Shown here: positions 60,118-64,000 of the stretch, in pieces
How positions within the stretch are numbered: the stretch's first letter is position 1
Layout of the letters: every line of letters begins with the position of its first letter
NCBI RefSeq assembly: GCF_001642025.1
Contig: NZ_LWHO01000009.1
Coordinates: forward strand, 45,156 to 109,155
DNA length: 64,000 nt
Direction: 5' to 3'
Source: Cutibacterium namnetense
GTDB lineage: Bacteria; Actinomycetota; Actinomycetes; Propionibacteriales; Propionibacteriaceae
Translations under genes and position numbers: made by a program
The notes under the pieces: model-generated
Database searches by the model: none
Seen by the model: only the letters and a program-made list of their open reading frames with translations
What the model was told of the DNA's origin: nothing

Positions 60118-60661
60118 GAATAAACCCCTATCTGCGCTGCAAGCCACGTGCTTTTAGTTATCACGATTATCGTGTTTCTGTATTATCCGCACGAACGCGG
60201 ATAGTACACAAAACACTCGGCTCCCAAGCTAGGGGATAGCATCCGTGCCTAGCCCGCAGGCAGCCACCCCCAACCTTCCCTCGTCCAAAACTTACGCACA
60301 ACGATTCTCCGAGGCCAAAGGCCGCTCTCATTGCTGGAAGCCCAAAGGTCATCTGGAGTCCAAATCACTCGCGGTTGCAAAACACATCGCCATCGCCACG
60401 GCACAAACCCAGATGGGCACTTCTCCGATCGATTTCCCAATTCGAGGGAGCAAAGATCATCCGCGTCATTTCTATTACCTGAGAAAACACGTCACCATGG
60501 CCATCAGAAAAAGAAGCCGATATTCATACCAGCACGCATCGGCATCCATGCGCGCTACGCGAAAAGCGGCTGACCGGGCCGAGCACCGTGACATGATGGC
60601 ATTAGTCGGCGATGCGATGGGCCACCGACCACTAATCGCGTACACACCGTAAGGAGTACCA

Positions 60662-62023
60662 GTGTCGAACACAGAGCTCACGGTCGATGTTCTGGTCATC
60701 GGATGGGGCAACGCCGGCAAAACGATCGCCGGACGCCTGGCGGCGGAGGGACGCAAAGTCGCCCTCGTCGAGAGATCAGCACAGATGTACGGCGGCACTT
60801 GCATCAACATTGCATGCGTACCTACCAAGGACCTCATCGACTCGGCATCCAAACGGGACGGTCGCGACCCTGTTTCCTACTTCACCTCAGCTGTTGCCGA
60901 CCGAGACGCCCTCATCGCGACATTGAACCACGCGAATCATGCCATGTTGGAGGGCAAGGTGCTCCTCCTCGACGGGATAGCCAGCTTCACCGGGCCGCAC
61001 ACTGTCAAGGTGGCCGGTGGAGACGATGAGATCGCCGTGCATGCGGAGACGATTATCGTCAACACGGGATCTCACCCGGCCACCCTTCCAATTCCGGGAG
61101 CCGATGGTCCACGGGTCCATGACTCCACCACGATCCAGCACGTCGATCCCCTGCCGTCGCGACTCGTCATCGTAGGCGGCGGCTTCATCGGGCTGGAGTT
61201 CGCTCAGATGTTCGCCCGATTCGGCTCCCAGGTGATCCTGCTTGAGGCCGGCGAGACTTTCGCCCCAGCCCTAGATTCGGACATCGCGACCCGGGTGCGC
61301 GGCATGCTTGAGGGCGAGGGGATCACCGTCGTCACCGGAGCACAGGTGACCTCTTTCGATGACGCAGGCGATCATGTCGACATTGTCACCGGCGATCGGA
61401 CATTCGCCGCCGATGCGGTGCTGGTGGCAGCGGGCAGACGCCCAGCGACCGAAGACCTCAATCTGGCCGCCGCCGGGGTGGCCACTGATGAGCGGGGTTA
61501 CATCATCGTCGACGATCAGCTGCGCACCAACGTTGAGGGGGTGTACGCGGTCGGTGACGTCAACGGTGGACCGCAGTTCACCTATGTCTCCCTTGACGAC
61601 AACCGCGTGCTGTGGGACACCCTGCATGACGGGCCCCGCCGCCGTGACGATCGGGTGGGGGTCCCAGCGACGACCTTCCTCGAGCCGCCGCTATCCCAGG
61701 TCGGCATGACGATGCGCCAGGCCCGGGAGTCCGGTCGCTCGGTACTCGTGGCGACCAAGGATGTCGCCGCGATCGCCGCCATGCCGCGACCCAAGATTGT
61801 CGGCCAAACCGAGGGTGTCATTCGAGTCTTCGTCGACGCCGACGACCACACCATCCTGGGCGCGACTCTGTGGTGCATTGATTCGCAGGAACTGGTCAAC
61901 CTTGTCTCACTAGCCATGCGGTTGGGAGCGCGCTACGAGACGTTGCGTGACGGGATCTGGACACACCCGTCCTCGACCGAAGCTTTCAATGAGGTACTCG
62001 CGGCGCTCGAACCCCTCCGCTGA
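60662..62023 (+). CDS. FAD-dependent pyridine nucleotide-disulfide oxidoreductase (class I, redox-active CxxxxC)
   Basis: VIGWGNAGKTIA is the FAD site, GGTCINIACVPTK the redox disulfide, VIVGGGFIGLE the NAD site, and there is a C-terminal HP dimerisation motif. Confidence 0.8.
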   Translation: MSNTELTVDVLVIGWGNAGKTIAGRLAAEGRKVALVERSAQMYGGTCINIACVPTKDLIDSASKRDGRDPVSYFTSAVADRDALIATLNHANHAMLEGKVLLLDGIASFTGPHTVKVAGGDDEIAVHAETIIVNTGSHPATLPIPGADGPRVHDSTTIQHVDPLPSRLVIVGGGFIGLEFAQMFARFGSQVILLEAGETFAPALDSDIATRVRGMLEGEGITVVTGAQVTSFDDAGDHVDIVTGDRTFAADAVLVAAGRRPATEDLNLAAAGVATDERGYIIVDDQLRTNVEGVYAVGDVNGGPQFTYVSLDDNRVLWDTLHDGPRRRDDRVGVPATTFLEPPLSQVGMTMRQARESGRSVLVATKDVAAIAAMPRPKIVGQTEGVIRVFVDADDHTILGATLWCIDSQELVNLVSLAMRLGARYETLRDGIWTHPSSTEAFNEVLAALEPLR

Positions 62024-62095
62024 GGAATGAACGAAGTCCAGTCATTTTGACCGTGACTACTCGGTCAAAATGACTGGACTTCGAACGGTTTGGCC

Positions 62096-63571
62096 TCAAG
62101 AAGCCTTGGGAGCCGAGACGACTTCGGGTTTAAGGTCTCCGGTCTCAACCTTGACAACGCGTCCGGCCTTGTCGACAGTTACCTTGGCGCTCATGGCTGC
62201 GGCCAGATTGAGGCGCTGCCATCCACCCGAGGAGGAGTCGAGAGCGTATCCGGCATCAATCTCGGTGGCCGCCAGCACCTGACGGCGCTGGGCATCGGAG
62301 AGAGTTGGGAAAGCAGTGTCCAACAGATTCTCAGCACCAGCCGGAACGACCGGAGCGGTAGCGCTGGGGGCCGGGCCGCCATAGGCGGAAGCCTTGTCAA
62401 AACCGTAAGTCATGCGGGCACGATAGGCCTTGAGTGCTGAGGCGCGATCAACTACCGGTGCCGTTGACACCGAGTCGGTGAAGGTGTTGTAGTAACCCTT
62501 CTTGTCGTTAGCCCCTACGTTTCCAATGCATGCCTGCAAAGTGTCACCGTGACCGTCGGCTTCACAACGGTGAGTGAGGTATGCCGTGAGCTCGGTGCGG
62601 GCGGCCTTGAGGGAGGCAACGTACAACCTATCTGTGGTCAGCGCACCGGACACGTTGCTGTGACCCTCGATGCGCCCACCCATGATGTCCATCGGGTAGT
62701 GCACGCCGAGCACGACGCGATTGTTGCCGGCCTCGGATGCTCGGGCGAGGATCTCGGGACCCAGCTCGGGCAAAACCTCAGCCAAGGCCAGACCATAGGC
62801 ATAGGCAGCGGTGGTGTGCCCGGACGGGAAGGCCTGGCTGACAGTCAGATTGGTGCCTGAAGCGCCGTTCATCAGGTCGTAGCCGGCGGTGAGGAGAGCC
62901 CGGCCGCCCCTCTTGTGATCCACATCAATTCGGCTCGGCACACGCTCGATATCGAGGTTCTTTTTGAGGCCGTGAAGGTCGTTCGGGTTCCCGGAATCGG
63001 CGAAGCTACGATCAGTAAGATATGGGCGCGGGTAGTTGAAGTATTTCTTCGCGGGTCCGGTACCCTTCGTCATCACTTCCTGGAAGCCTGTCGACCAGAT
63101 AAACCGGGCAACGTGGTTAAGGCTGCAGGAATGAAGGTTCACGGGGGTACACCGGGCAAGTCCCTCGGCCACGTATTTACCGAGGACCGGGCCGAGGGAA
63201 TCGTTGTCTTCTTGCAGCGGATCGGTAAACATCGTGGCATCGCGTAGGGCACGCCACTGTTGGGATCGGCCCTGCCGGTCAGCAGCTTGCTGCGCTTGAT
63301 CAAAGCCAGCCTTGTTGATCTGCTCGACACCTTCGTCGTTGCGAGTCAGGAGCTTCGAACCCTGGGCCGTGACGTCACCGCGGAAAGCAGTGTGGAAGTC
63401 CTTCTTGTCAAAAGGCTTGGGGCTCCAGTAGCGGTTGTATTCGCTCAAGAGGGCGACGTGCGGATCTGCGGATTCATCAGTTTGGGCCGCCTGGGCGGGG
63501 CTCACCCCCACAGTGCTGACGAGCGCCGTCGCACAGGCAAGGCCCAGGACAGAGGTACGAAGGATTTTCAC
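62096..63571 (-). CDS. Secreted PAP2-superfamily acid phosphatase (or haloperoxidase-like)
   Basis: A signal peptide MKILRTSVLGLACATALVSTVGVSPAQA, plus the PAP2 motifs KYFNYPRP, PSGH and GVHYPMD. Confidence 0.7.
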   Translation of the reverse strand: MKILRTSVLGLACATALVSTVGVSPAQAAQTDESADPHVALLSEYNRYWSPKPFDKKDFHTAFRGDVTAQGSKLLTRNDEGVEQINKAGFDQAQQAADRQGRSQQWRALRDATMFTDPLQEDNDSLGPVLGKYVAEGLARCTPVNLHSCSLNHVARFIWSTGFQEVMTKGTGPAKKYFNYPRPYLTDRSFADSGNPNDLHGLKKNLDIERVPSRIDVDHKRGGRALLTAGYDLMNGASGTNLTVSQAFPSGHTTAAYAYGLALAEVLPELGPEILARASEAGNNRVVLGVHYPMDIMGGRIEGHSNVSGALTTDRLYVASLKAARTELTAYLTHRCEADGHGDTLQACIGNVGANDKKGYYNTFTDSVSTAPVVDRASALKAYRARMTYGFDKASAYGGPAPSATAPVVPAGAENLLDTAFPTLSDAQRRQVLAATEIDAGYALDSSSGGWQRLNLAAAMSAKVTVDKAGRVVKVETGDLKPEVVSAPKAS

Positions 63572-64000
63572 CAGTTGACTCCTAGCGTGGTAATGGGCTG
63601 CTCAGACGTAGCCACATGACTGTCACGAATTGACGGTATGGGGACGAAGTGACGGGCAGTGGTCCAGAAGGTGACGAATTACCCACACTCGTCGGATGGT
63701 GGCTGCCCCCACGCCAAGGCGCGTTTCCCATGGTTGGACTTTCGAATGTACGTCGTATGTTCAGATCCTCGTGAAATAACAACCCCGACGTAAAACCTAA
63801 GGCTTCTCAGGCGAGCTCAGGGGCTGCCCGGTCGATGTCGGGGTGACCTTGGTGGGGGTACTGTGTTCGCTGTCGGCCCAATGGGTGGGTTGATGCCCAG
63901 GTGGTGTGGGGAAGCTGGCGGGACTCCGGCACTGTCGCGCAACCGTGACCACCATTTTGTGTGTGGGAGTCGGGATACCAGATCACGTCGGGGGTGGTGT

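Noticed and set aside
60245-60652. A 135-aa extremely basic ORF in the long intergenic region before the oxidoreductase gene.
   Set aside because: It has no RBS, its composition (R/K/H/S-rich) is unlike the proteins in this genome, and it overlaps a minus-strand ORF of similar quality. The region is treated as non-coding and flagged in the findings.
1-64000. CRISPR arrays, IS elements and transposases.
   Set aside because: No regularly spaced short direct repeats or transposase-like ORFs were seen anywhere in the window. The only sizeable repeat is the 706-bp tandem lipoprotein duplication.

Overview
This is a high-GC (about 62-65%) actinobacterial chromosome segment, probably from a Propionibacteriaceae-like organism (inferred from gene content and composition only). 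Most of it is core respiratory and biosynthetic housekeeping. The window opens with the 5' part of complex I on the minus strand: nuoI (truncated at the edge), then nuoH, G, F, E, D, C, B, A, most of them joined by 4-nt ATGA-type overlaps. Next to it lies a menaquinone gene set: a MenJ-like geranylgeranyl reductase, a MenF-like isochorismate synthase, menG/ubiE and menA. These are interspersed with a TM0106-type RecB-like nuclease, ABC transporters and a Sec-secreted small protein. Further along are dhaKLM, ldh, a patatin-like phospholipase, four tRNAs (Lys; Glu-Asp-Phe) flanking an NlpC/P60 endopeptidase gene with a long structured leader, purM-purF, an M20 peptidase, a translationally coupled qNOR (norB)-NfeD-like-SPFH operon, a pabAB fusion, purL, pepN, an FAD disulfide oxidoreductase and a secreted PAP2 phosphatase. 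Two compositionally foreign, accessory-looking loci stand out. (1) A very AT-rich small gene for a Trp/Tyr-rich secreted protein is translationally coupled to an ABC ATPase and a 10-TM FtsX-type permease, a bacteriocin-like or peptide export/immunity layout. It is preceded by a 22-nt motif that recurs upstream of the nuo operon. (2) A lower-GC, 792-aa protein with no signal peptide carries three peptidoglycan-binding repeats, a DUF1906/GH25-like domain and an unknown C-terminal domain. It is followed by a Tat-signal protein and a tandemly duplicated lipoprotein gene (about 706-bp period), with palindromic operators upstream. Other points worth a second look are an ABC exporter gene interrupted by two in-frame amber codons, a candidate c-di-AMP (ydaO-type) riboswitch ahead of the NlpC/P60 gene, and several promoter-region palindromes. 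No CRISPR array, IS element or integrase was seen.
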